DNA of 50,366 nucleotides from Trichoplax sp. H2 (taxonomy: Eukaryota). Location of the stretch: NCBI GenBank assembly GCA_003344405.1, contig NOWV01000219.1, positions 62,001 through 112,366 of the forward strand, read 5' to 3'. Within the stretch, counting starts at the first letter, position 1, and each line of letters begins with the position of its first letter. This document shows, piece by piece, positions 25,801-38,664 of this stretch. The translations under genes and the position numbers were made by a program. Below the pieces are notes generated by a model. The model made no database searches. It was not told the origin of the DNA and saw only the letters and a list, made by a program, of their open reading frames with translations.

Positions 25801-28189
25801 ACAGAAGAAAATTATACTAAACTAAAGAGCCATATGAACGTTTTAAAAATACATCTATCGCAATTTAGTAACTTGATACCTAGTATCTGTCAACGATGAC
25901 AGAATCACTGATTTCTATGAATATCAGAGTTATGTATATAGTAGAAATGATAGGTACCGTAATAAGCCTCACTGCTAAAACATTTATAACTAACCGAAAT
26001 AGAATTTCTCTTAACCAAGAGTTATTTATAATAAGCTGATATTGTATTTTCTTCTTAAATCGGAACGTAATAGCTTTTATTTTTATTATGAACGTATTTA
26101 GTTGTGTAAAATAACATCTACGTAGCTAGTTTATTATTATTAGCATAGCAGATATCCATTCAATCTTTTATGGTCTTGTAAATATTATGCTGATGATAAA
26201 ATTGTCAACAAGATTTAAAAAATGATACAAAATATTACCCCATAGAATTGGGCATTTAAATACAAGCTTAGATACTCATATGTAACCAATAGTAGCATAA
26301 TTAACCTACCAAATAAATTAAAATTTAAAGTTAGCGATAAAATACTTAGTCAATGATACAAAATCTTGTAAAAATAATATTAAGCTGAATATCTAGGCCG
26401 CAATTCTGGAAAGAGATGCAGCTAGTCTATACTTAACCTAAAAGCCCACTAAAGTAAGCAAATTCCAATTTTTTATTCAATTCTTTCTGTTTGTTCCTTT
26501 GAAAGTTTAATAAGTAAACCAATTTATTACTTAAAGTAATGTTTCAAGAATACTCTAGCTAAGACTTCACACTGTTAAAACTAACGATGAAAAAGTATTT
26601 AGAATATGCTGATTTTCTGAGTATCTGATGATCTGCTAGGCAGTCTAAAAATATAAATTGTTTTCGTTAGATAAACTAGTTGTAATTTAGCTATACTATA
26701 CTAGTATGCCTTTGTTTCTATTATCTTCATATTTGCATAACGAGATACAAGTTCAAATTATTGCTCAATATTATTTACTTGTATAAAATCCGAGATTAAG
26801 AAGTTTAGAGAAGTAATATTGATCCCGATTTTGGGTTTTACCAATCCTAATTTATTGAAAATTATCACTGTTGCTGACACTTTTCATTCTCATTAGACAG
26901 CACTAATCATATTTCTAGCTAATAGATCATAGACTGCGATAAAGTATTTTTTACCAATCTTACTATTTAATTATCATGCATGAGTATAAGTGCAAATTAA
27001 TTATTAATATTTAATTATTATACCAGTCAACAATCAATAACCCATGCCTGGCATCCTTTAGTATTACTCAATATTCCCATATTAAAAGTATTACTATTGA
27101 TGCATATGAGAGTATCGTTATTTCCATAACAACAGCAATATTATAGTGAAAGATTATTTACCTTCAGTGTCACCTCAACTAGAAATATCCCCTCATTAAT
27201 AATTTAAATTTGATACAATGAGCGTATTACAGTACTTTTAACGCCGCCTGATGAATCGGTGGAGCTACAAAAAAAATCATAAATTTCAATAGTTTACTCT
27301 ATGGATAGCATAAAAGATGGAATAATCTTTAGAAAGCCTTGCGAAATAATAATGAAGTTATTACCGCATTTCTTGCTCTAGAAGTAATAATAACTGCATT
27401 TTTTAAGCGCGTGCGATCAATACATTATATTACTCTTTAATATATATCAATGATCGCATGACGATGAAAACAAAATACCAAGTTATTCCCACTTTTATAA
27501 GTGATTGTGCGTATTGTTAATTCTATGCCTATTTGCAAGCTATCTTGGCCATAGTTAGCCAGTGATGATTTTATTAAATAACCACTAGGCCAACTCAATC
27601 ATTATCTCAATCTCTTTGATTACAACGCGTACGTGACTACTAAAGCAGCCTAATTTCAATTTATCTAAACACTGATCTATCTCCATCTTATTGAGTTCCT
27701 AGAGTACCACCTTTCATAGAGTAATCGATGAAAGGCTGTCTCGTTCTATTATATACCTTTAATTAACATTGTTAATAATACCCATTTTACATATTTTGAC
27801 ACTAACTTAGAATGGTCAGCTCAAAACGTAAGATACTTTTGAGTCATTTTCTATCAGGTAATATTACTACGGTTGATAATAACAAAAAGTTTATTTTAAT
27901 AGATCAAAAGGAGTAGGCTAGAATATTGATGCAACTGCGACAAAATATTATCGTACTGTCAATCAAGATTGAGCAATATAGGATCATTCTGTTTCCTTAT
28001 TGGGTAATTTCCCTTCGTTTATAGGCATCATTTCGTCATTTATAATCTACGATAAATATCAATAGGGTAGGAAATACTTATTTTCTAACGGTGTCTATGC
28101 CATTAAATTGCGGTCTTCGTTATAAATTTTTTGTAATTAAATGATCATAAATAGTGAGATAATGGATACCTTATCGTTAGAGAGCATGC

Positions 28190-28755
28190 AAGTATTCATT
28201 TTAAATTGGACATCCAGAAAGAATTAATTGCTCCAATATTCAATTTTAAAATCATAAATAATTTACCTAGATGTATCCTTATTGACACCCATGGCGTTCA
28301 ATAGCTCTATTTTAGTATATTATGAGATGGAATTAATTTTTCTTGATCATACATTGCGGAAAAATAAATATACCTTCAGGAAAAGATACGCAAATATTCA
28401 TTTTAAAGCAAATATCAAACGAGGCTCATTTGCTTAATAATATTATTCAATTTTGAAATCAGAAATAAGTTATACATAATATTTCCTTATTTACACCCAT
28501 AGCGTGCCATAACTCTTTTTATTATACTATTAAATGAAATAATTTGCTCTTGATCATATACTGAGGGGAAATGAATGTGCTAGCGTGAAAAACACACCAA
28601 TATTCTCTTTAATGCGGATGTCAAACGAGAATCATCGGCTCAAATATTTAATTTTAAAATTATATATAATTTAGATATGATGTATCATTATTTACACTCA
28701 TAGCATTTCATGGTTCTTTATAGTATACTGTTGGATGAAATAAATTGTTCTTGTT
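28190..28755. repeat. Degenerate tandem array, ~200-207-bp period, about 3 copies
   Basis: ttatt.acac.cat.gc...tcttgatcata...aatattc...tcaaacgag..tcat recurs at ~28278, ~28485, ~28686. Confidence 0.75.
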
Positions 28756-31045
28756 AAGAAAAACGAAGAAGAAATTGATATTCCATCTCCGCTGCCTTAG
28801 ATCAGTTAACTAAGCTACAGTATTGAATTGTTAGCTTTATGCAAATGATTAATAAATCACTAGCACGTTTAAGAGCAATAGAACGTTTATAGTGACAATA
28901 AATATAGTGCTTTATTTCAGGCCAACATTCTATTGATTGCCTTTGAGTACTGTTACTATTCAGTAACAGTAAACTTAGGCCTTAAAATATTAATTAAAAT
29001 GAATATTACTTTGTCCGATGAGGACAGTGCAGCATCCAATCTCAGAAGGATCTGCTACAGTTGTAACAGCATGGCTAAGGTGAATAGTTTACAATTATGC
29101 AATAATGTCGATCATCCAAGTGGATCATGATCTTCTTCAATAATTGTATAACTTTGAAGATTTGATTGTAGTATTAAGAGGCACACTCTCAATCCATTGA
29201 ATATTCGCTATTCTTATTCAATCACATGAAAATTGTTGTTATTCGCTTGAGTAGAATTATAATCCATCAGTAACAATTAATACACGCAGCTGATGATGAT
29301 TTTATAAGAACAATTACGATAATAAAGTGCTTTTTCCCCCTTTTTGCAGTTATCAGAACTGGATTTAGGCTTACTGTTATTCTTACGGATATTAGTGTTA
29401 ATCTATAACTTTAAGACAAGTTTACTTTCCTCAGCTGACGAAATAAGGAATATGAAAAGTCCTTACAATAATGAGGGAACGAATGAGATGTAGATTAAAA
29501 TCTGAATGACATGTTGATATTTCAATGGAAAACTGATTTGTCGTTGTGGTATAAATTGTTTTACTTTCGGTTTATTTTCCGTTTCCCAAATGACTAGATA
29601 CTTTTTCAATGGTAGGATACTATTTTTTTATTTACTTCTTGATCGATTTAGTAACAGACTTAATTCAACGACGATATTTCTGTCGAGTAAGCTCTACGAA
29701 CTAGAATAAGCTTAATGAACAAGAATAATATTTCAATACGTGTAAAACAAGGCTAGCCTACGCTTTAACCCAACGCCAATTACTGTCATTAGGTGATCAT
29801 GCTCATTTTTATTATAATCATCAATAAAACTTCAACTTGATTTTACCAGAATATGAATTGGTTGAATCATACTCTGGGTATCCAATCTGTCTCTGCTATA
29901 TTGTTTTATCATAATAGAATAGGTGGATATAAATAATATATTGTCCAGCTGATCATAGAGTAGGTTTGGCTTTAAAAATCGATAGCATCAAAGACCGCCT
30001 CTTCGCCTTGTTCACTTCCATTTTAATTAATTAGCCATTGTTAGGCCATTAATTAGCCCGAAAACCAGTTGAAAAATTAAAAATCTACTCTCAATAGCTA
30101 TTAAAATGAATATTTTATCCTTTCTTTTCCTACATGATTTTATTTAATATTAATTTAATTGGTTAGAATTGAACCATCGTTATATTTCCCATTCAATGAA
30201 GACAATAAAGTGAATAGATGATATTTTTAGATCTGTAATGAATATGCCGTTGAAGTAATTTTATTCTTACATTATTATCATAATTAGATGGAAAAATTAT
30301 GTTTTACCCTTTTACCTTTAATGTTTTATTTATCCTCTTTTAACTATATATTAGCTTAAACAGATTGAAATTATCTCATATCTAGTTTAGCTTGTCACGG
30401 ATTGATCGCATCGCTTTCTCAAGGGTGCTATACAGCTATACAGCTATACAGATTACTAAACTTCCCGTCGTAGCGATTGCAAGCCCTCAAGTTCAATATA
30501 ATTTTTAACATCTGTCTGATGGTTACCACCTATGTCACCAAGATTCCAGTAAATGCGATTACGAATAGCAATTTGAATAGCATCATCTCGTCAATTTGTC
30601 TACTTGCTACTATTAAAAACAGTCAACTTTCAGGTACTGATAATCTTAACATGACTGCGTCAATTTTAGTATGAACAGTTTCTTATCTCCACTCTCTAAT
30701 CCTGCTCAAGTCATTTTATTTTTGCTTTCGTCTCATTCAATTGACATATACAGAAATAAATTCTTATCAGTCCTAATACAATTAATATTACCGGCTAAAC
30801 GATAAAAGACCGCAAGAATATTTACGTAACCTACCCAGGGAAATATTGACTGCCTTTCATAGTAACATTTATCTTCTTCAACAGATTACGCAACAGGAAT
30901 TAGGTGGTGATCACCAATTTGATTCATTCTAAGGTAGTTCGTCGCGGTCATTGATTGGGAGATTTATTCTCGAGCAGAAACCGTTATAAAAGTGCTTGAA
31001 ATCCTTCCTACCCTTATTATTCATCAAGACAAGCTCATTTCCAAG

Positions 31046-32011
31046 ATGGTTCTCGTAGCAGGAAATCTATCTTTAACCAGTAAAGTAATCCTTATCCCGA
31101 CATTATCATTTACTTTCATCTTTGGCACTATTGGCAATATCTTAGTCTGTATTGCTATATTAACCAATCGCAAATTAAAAACGGCTACCAATGGATTTAT
31201 CCTATCACTTGCTATTGCCGATTTACTCGTTTGCGATATTACGGTTCCTATCGCCTTAATTGGTCTATTCCAAGATCCTCGTCCCCGTGCAGCCCTTTTA
31301 GCTGGCGAATTGGCCTTATCCGGGGTGTCGTCTTCACAAATTCAACTCGCTGTAATAAGTATTGATCGTTATAGAGGCATCGTTTATCCAGACAAACCGC
31401 GTCTAACATGGAAGGAAGTTAAATATATCGTTCCTCCCTTATGGTTGTTGGCCATTACGGAAACTTGCCTAGTGGTTTTCAACTGGCCACACGATATTCG
31501 ATTTGCACTCATTCATTTCTACTGGTTTTGGTTTATTGCTACTATCACCATTATATGTTATACCTTGATCTGGAGGAATATTGTTTTGCATAATCAAGAT
31601 GTCGCTGGAGCTTTACGTCATTTAAAACAAGCAAGAATTAAGAAAGAAAAGAGAGCATTTATCATGATTATGTTAGTTGTCTGCTGTTTATTATTATGTT
31701 GGTCACCAGCTGCTATAATCTATGGCATTTTTTTGATGCAATATACAGACAAATCCGTCTCCGACAGTATGCGCGAACCGCTCAATGTTTTAGTCGCTTT
31801 TGGCTACTTTAATTCGTGCATTAATCCTTTCATATATAACTTGATGAATTCCACGTTTAGAAGTACCTTTCGTAAAATTTTAACCAATTTTTGTCGTCGG
31901 ATACGTGGCCGATCTTTAACTAAAGTATCACCAATACCTGTTAGTAGTAGTAGCGTACAAGATGTTCGACGAATTGCCGTCAACAATCAGAAGGATAGTA
32001 GTACCGCATAA
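31046..32011 (+). CDS. Intronless rhodopsin-like (class A) GPCR, orphan, 321 aa
   Basis: Seven hydrophobic segments with GTIGN (TM1), LAIAD (TM2), ISIDRY (TM3), W (TM4), CY (TM5), CWSP (TM6), NSCINPFIY (TM7) and FRSTFRKIL helix 8. First ATG at 31046; the ORF-track start at 30992 is GTG. Confidence 0.93.
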   Translation: MVLVAGNLSLTSKVILIPTLSFTFIFGTIGNILVCIAILTNRKLKTATNGFILSLAIADLLVCDITVPIALIGLFQDPRPRAALLAGELALSGVSSSQIQLAVISIDRYRGIVYPDKPRLTWKEVKYIVPPLWLLAITETCLVVFNWPHDIRFALIHFYWFWFIATITIICYTLIWRNIVLHNQDVAGALRHLKQARIKKEKRAFIMIMLVVCCLLLCWSPAAIIYGIFLMQYTDKSVSDSMREPLNVLVAFGYFNSCINPFIYNLMNSTFRSTFRKILTNFCRRIRGRSLTKVSPIPVSSSSVQDVRRIAVNNQKDSSTA

Positions 32012-32031
32012 AATGGATGTGATTAGCTATA

Positions 32032-32183
32032 GGAAAGGAAATTTTTTGTATTTTTAGGTATCCGAAAATCAACTGAAAATGAATTGGTAGACGTTCAACG
32101 AGCTATCATCAACACTTGGAGGGAAAAATTGTTGTATTTTCTAGTATCTATAAAGCAAATGAAAAATGAAATGGTGGGCGTTC
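32032..32183. repeat. Degenerate ~86-bp tandem duplication just 3' of the GPCR stop
   Basis: ggaaa..tt.ttgtatttt...gtatc...aaatgaa.tggt.g.cgttc occurs twice. Confidence 0.6.
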
Positions 32184-35100
32184 TCACAGCTGCATGCTGT
32201 CATCTCAATCATAAATAATCCTAAAATGGATCATATTCATTTTTTGGCTATTGATTTAAACCAACTATGAAGATATTTTTGCGGCTATATTGCGCGAATG
32301 ATTGAATAAATGGCGTACAGGTTGAGCCTATTATAGACTAGCAGTGGCAACCACTAAGATAGATATTATCAAAGCTTTTGCATGCAATATCCTATGGATT
32401 CGTGTTAAGCTAAAATTTCTTCCATGATAGCATGAGACGAAACAAAATCTTTTGGCCCTTGTTAGCTGCAGGACATAGATGGACAGCTTCGTTACAAAAC
32501 TTGCCTTCACTTTATTTAATGGAAATTATTCTTTTATTCGTTTTTTGCACGAAATATTAAATATCTCCGGCAAAAATAGAGCTTTAAGCACTTTCATTGC
32601 AACATAGCAGTCGGAAGTATAATGGTCCTTGAAAGCAAATTTGAAATTACTATTAGTAGATTGGACCTTTGTAATAAATTTGCATAAACTATTTTATGAT
32701 ATCTTAAACTACTAGCTTGCAGTGTTTTAATTGCCTGATTGCATATATAGATTAGCAATTTTTTCTGCTGAGGATGAAAAATTTTATGATGTTTATATTG
32801 CTGTACTGATTCAATATCGTATGATTTCTGTAAACTTGTTTACATACGTAATTGAATAATTATGTCTTGGTTTATCTTACTCCTCACTGATTGCTTGTAG
32901 ACTATGGCAACTCTATTACTGTTCATATATTCATGCATAAAATCTTAGGTAATCCAAATACATCATCCAATAGATTTTTCTATCTCTATGTAACTGAACT
33001 AAATTCGATCATATTAAGCCTAAGATCATAGCTTTATGCAATCTATCCTACAAAAATTTTTACAAAAATTTTTAAAATTTTTGTAGCCGTCCCCATGTTA
33101 TTTACATGACACCGCAATATGTAAATAATTTTTACTGTTTTTCTTCTTGTTATCTTCAATTAGTATCTAAAAAAATTGACTTTCACTTTCACAAGTATTC
33201 TCTATCGATGCCCTTCATTTCTTCAATTCTAAATGCAGGGAAATGACTAATAAGACAAGGCATGGCAGTTCCTGCATATTTTCAGCATCCGTGAAAACCA
33301 GCATTGTCATTATTACTGTTCCATTTGTTTTATAGTTAATTAATTTTATATTTTTTCTATACACTACACAGCAAGCTTGGTTATATTCTATAGCTAAAGT
33401 CAATATTTTAAATTGTTTCTGGGCTGCTCATTATCAACTTTATATTCATATAAACAAGAACTTTGGCCCTCTACATAAAGCCTAAATAATGCCTACTGGC
33501 ACCTGCTCAATGGTGTATAGTATTCTTGTTCAATATATAATCGCCTTATCCGATTAGAAAATGAAGTCTTTCCTACGGCCCTTTATCTTCATGACGACAT
33601 ATGCAGGATATTAAATTATGAATTTTGCATGTATCATTAGCCTACAGGATATTGGTCATCATAATTTTGCTTCTGCAGCGGTATTCTATTAATACATCAT
33701 GGACATTCTGATCGTATAATTAAAATATTATTAAAGTGACATTGTCATCATTGCCTATTGGATTTTAGCATAATTGATACTGTTTGATGTGAGATTTTGT
33801 ATAGATCAAAGTCTTGAGAAAACATAGAATCAATGCTAGAATAGAATAAAAATTTTCCATTTTAATCCTGAATAGAGGCTGTGCTATCAATGTATAATGG
33901 TAGAAATATATGAGGCAGACAAAAGTACTCATAGCAAGAAGAGTCCTATATGCACGCACCTTGGTGACTGCTAGCTGATTTCATTAGACTGCATCATCTC
34001 TTGTTTATGAATCTTTGCTAGAGAGAATAAACCTTATCCTATACGAAATGGAATTAGAAACCTTGAATAACGTCAACAAGCAACTGATGAGATCTTCAGA
34101 AGCATAGGAGTACTAGGATTGGATATTATTTCTTAATATTAAACTCTATTTAATCCGACCGGATTGTAACAATTATTTTTCAGTCGTGATTGTCATATCG
34201 GCTGAAAAAAGATAATTTTGTCAGGCATTTTTTCCTTCTATAGCTAACTATACGTCAATAATCATTTTTCATTTCAAAACGGTTATTACCTAATGTAAAA
34301 CAATTCTTCAAAGATTCACTTTTCCAACTGTATTCATCAGCGCAATATTGACATAGGCGTGTAAGCAAAAAATGGTAATTTTTTCTTGATTCTATATCCA
34401 TTTTCTTTATTGTTGCCATTAAATGATGCATGGATTAAGACGGTGCTATTCCATAATATAAATATCATTTCATCTACCTGAACTGGTTTATAGGGGGTAA
34501 ACTCGGAATTGTAATCATAATTAGATGATTGTGTGATTTCCAAGGTATTCCTACAAACACAATTTAGCAATGGTGGTATACCTTAACCACCATAGAGGAA
34601 TACTTGCTTTGAGGAATAAAGCACATGTTATAAACTCTATCTTACTACTATCACGTATCGATTTTAAGAATTTATTTTTAGAGGGGAATAAATAAGATAA
34701 TTTGATAGAATGATATGCAATTTCTAAAAAAATTTATTGAGAATCAGCCATGTATAATCTTTAGTCCTTTTGTTTGAACTGCCATCAAGATACTGTATGC
34801 GTATGATGTGATATCTTCTGTTTTCACGGCCGGTATTGAGGCTATCTCATGTTCATGTTATCATTGATTTACTCTGTTCTATACTAGGTTTTGCTAAGGA
34901 AATAAAAAATGTTTCAATTGTATTCATCGCACGCTACATGATCGTCTATATTAGTAGCTCCATCACTACTATCTCATTTTGTTGCATCGAAATCAGATGT
35001 ACCAACATGCGATACCTAAATAATCTACTCCCATCTCAATATTAGAACTTTATATTGCATCTCCTTCAAAATATTTGTTTGCACTAGGTCATATTCATTG

Positions 35101-35619
35101 ACATGCCTTCATTTAATTAAACAGAAAGGGCTGGTTATAGCTGTTGATTAAATTTCATCATAATTTTGACTGGAATCAGTGCGATTTTCTGTATTTTTCT
35201 ACTATTACAGTTTTTATTTTATGACTGTTTCCAGCAACCTTAGCAGATGTATATGAATATATATATACTTTCATCATAATGTCGCTTATGTTACAATAAA
35301 ATAAAATTTTGAATTTTTGTTTTCAATCACTAGGAGTAGAAAAGTAGTAACAGCATTAATTATAATAAGCAAAACGTGGAGTTAGAATAGTATTGTATAT
35401 TTTACAAATTGTGTATTGTCTTTCTATCATAGTAACCTTTGTGGCGATAGTGATTTTATTAATATTGAACTTTCGTCTATTTTGATGGCCATTGTTAAAA
35501 TTGACTCCATATGTTATTAAAATATCAAATCTAAATAAATCCCAAAATAACCCCATCAATTGATATGGCGTAATGATGATATAAATTGGCATTGTTTTTC
35601 AACGGATGCCTTTACTATA

Positions 35620-36280
35620 CAAGAATATTGATCTTTTTAAAATAACGTTGCATAAAGATCATAAAGTGGAATTATAGTAGAAAATATTAACGCAGAAAAA
35701 ACTCTGACATTTCTTTCTCTTTCGCATCGCATCACTATGCAATACTGGATGAATTGCACAGAAAGAAATCTAGTATTTCTTTCACTTTGGTTTGCAATAG
35801 AATGCTGAGTAGGATGCATTTCGATAATATACTGAAAGAATCATCCACTTCTTTATATCGCTACACATTTTGATAGCCATGACCGAAATTGACTCTATAT
35901 GCTACTAAGAAAATAATATGTGGAAATGAATCCAGATAAGAGTCCATTTACGTGTGTTATTATCGCGTAGAGACGATACAATTCGGTATTAACCTGTGAT
36001 TTCATTAAAAAAAATACTAATCTTTTTAAAGCGATATTATAGGCGCTCGTAAATCATAAAACAGAGCTAAAACATACGACGTTGATACAGAAAAAAAATT
36101 GACATTTCTTTCTCTTTAGTATTTTATCACTTGCAGCATTATAAGTGCTGGAATAGCTATACAGAAGAAATTGAGTATTTCTTCCCTTTTGTAATATGAT
36201 GTAAAGGAGGATGTGCTACTATAATGTGCAGAAAGAACAACCTATTTCTTTCTCCTTGGTATCGTATCGCCATGCAATTT
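35620..36280. repeat. Degenerate ~390-bp tandem duplication with ~65-bp internal subrepeats
   Basis: cagaaaaaa...tgacatttctttctcttt at ~35693 and ~36088; the subunit cagaa...atttctt recurs within each copy. Confidence 0.6.
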
Positions 36281-38664
36281 ATTTACAATTAGCATTTCTC
36301 CAAAGCTAAAACAGCAAGTAGTACTTGATCAGTGATAAACATAAACATATAACTTTGGTTTATTGACATAGGGATAAAGTGAAAGAATTGGCCGAGATAT
36401 GAACTAAGACAACCTAGACTCGATAACAAATATAAAAAATAATAACTTTAGATCTTGAAGATAATTGATTTGTTATGACAAGATGACAATCGTATTGATT
36501 TCATCTTCCATACATGTCATGCCGTGCGTTGGTTGTGGAAAAGCCGATCACAGCTGCAACATTACAAAGTTAATTTCAAAATTAGCCATAGGACGGCTAC
36601 CAAGGCTTATTTATTTGATTTAATGGCAAGCTGATTTTTATTCACTTGTTTTATCCTTAATCGAATGCAGTCCATAATAATACAAAGAATATTTCCTGTT
36701 TGGGCTTGTAACGGCTAGCTTTGAGCTTGTGAATCTTATTCGTAGCTTCATATCAGATTGAAGCATTGCTAAAATTTAGTATGACGTAGATATACTTTAT
36801 TAACCGGCAATATTTAAAGGAAACAGAAATTTCGTTAACAAATTTAGTTTTAGATTTCTCGGTTCTATCAATATTCAACTTGTTTTCTTTGGCTATATTG
36901 ATTTTAAGCGATAGCTACGATGATCGCAAAAGATAGATATTGTCAATAGAATTTGTGGTAATGTATTCTATTTTTATTTCGCTTCAGTTCAATTCATAAT
37001 CCAATTCCTTTTAATAAATTATTACCGTACAATATAGGCACGGAAACAAATTACCTAATGAACTTGTCAACATGCTATAAAGATAAAAAAACAGAGATTT
37101 TTTTATTGACACAATTAGGAGTGCTTTCATTAACATTTCAATACTTAACGTATTGCTGACGGAAATGCATTGAATCATCTTCAATTTTTATTATCTTGCG
37201 AAACCATACATTAATTTTACGTCCATGTAGTTTATATTATATGATTATAGGCGCTAAATCTTTAAATCAATAGCATTGATATCGAATTTTAAGTCTTATA
37301 GGTTATGATGATTCAATTGTTGGCAAATGCAGTTCAATATCAACTTCTAGCTAGCACTATGTTCTTAATCAGATCAATATGACGTTTTTACTCTCTACTG
37401 AACCAAGATAAATCGTCAATTTCATTTATCCACATGCTAGACTGATATCATTCATTCGACATCTCGATATGTATGTTAACTTTTGGATTTAATCTAGACA
37501 AATGAATTTATTTAACAGCATATTATACTCGTATACCCCTCAAGACAGGATAGCTCAAGTAGTAGTGTTACGCGTATAATAACAATTCGATTTTGCTTGT
37601 TCCTAATAATAGCCGAGATATATCTTAATCTCGCAGCTTCAAATGCTATTTCCTGTAGCCACTCTATGAAACAACTATAAGAGTCCTCAAAATACATTGA
37701 TTATAAGATGCTGTAATTCTATAGTTATCAATTTGATTCCAGGTGAATAATATTATTTGCGACGCAATGCCGTTAATCTTTGCAAATGATTTGTCCTAGA
37801 CATATTATCTATCATAGTGGAAATTACTGAAGATGAATGCATACATCTATCTATACCATTCTTCTTTTTAATTAATTCTCAGTTAGCAATCTGTTTCAGC
37901 GCTATTATATACATATGTACTTGTACATTTCGCATGTAGTATATCTTATATACCAGATGGCATGTTACTTGGGGTATACTCATGCATGCAAATAAAGTGA
38001 AAATTTTTAATTTTGTAGCCTAGTATGTTGCCATTGCTAAATAGATCTAAGCTCTTATCTGTACTTTATAAGCGACAATGATGCTGTTCCGTAAGGATTA
38101 TTTTAGTTGTTTCAGCTAATTACCGTGATTATGCCACACTAGAGATTTACTTAGCTATTGTCAAGTCAAATTTTGAGGTATAGAATTGCGATTACTGTGG
38201 TTGATCATTGTAGAAAATAGGTTCCACATTGAGACCTGAATAATCGTAAGAGTGATGGTGGCTCTAGACCTGAGAGGACTTGCGGTGTCAAGGATTAGCT
38301 GTAGGCCTTAACATTAATCTAAATTTTCTGATTTAATAGCACTGCCTTTGTAACGAATTAATTTTTAGAACCTCTTATCATTTATAGGCTTTGCAGAGCC
38401 GTCAGTAGTATTTAAAACTAAACATTTATTAACCAATCGCTCTTAAGATTCACTTTAAAAAACTACTTTGCACCACTTGAGAAAACAAAAATAATTTTAA
38501 GTTCAGTTACAATTTACCACATGATTCCCTCACAAAACACTATAAACCAATAATCTTACTACAAAATACATCAAACTTCACTTCTAACGTAATTCCTAAT
38601 CATCAATACATTATAAAAGTCTAAAAGCTAACCTTTAAACATCAAGATTCAGTCATAAAAATAA

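Noticed and set aside
33048..33086. Small AT-rich palindrome ctacaaaaatttt...aaaatttttgtag
   Set aside because: Low complexity; no evidence of function.
33215..34570. Short minus-strand ORFs with plausible splice sites
   Set aside because: Could not be joined into an open, recognisable protein.
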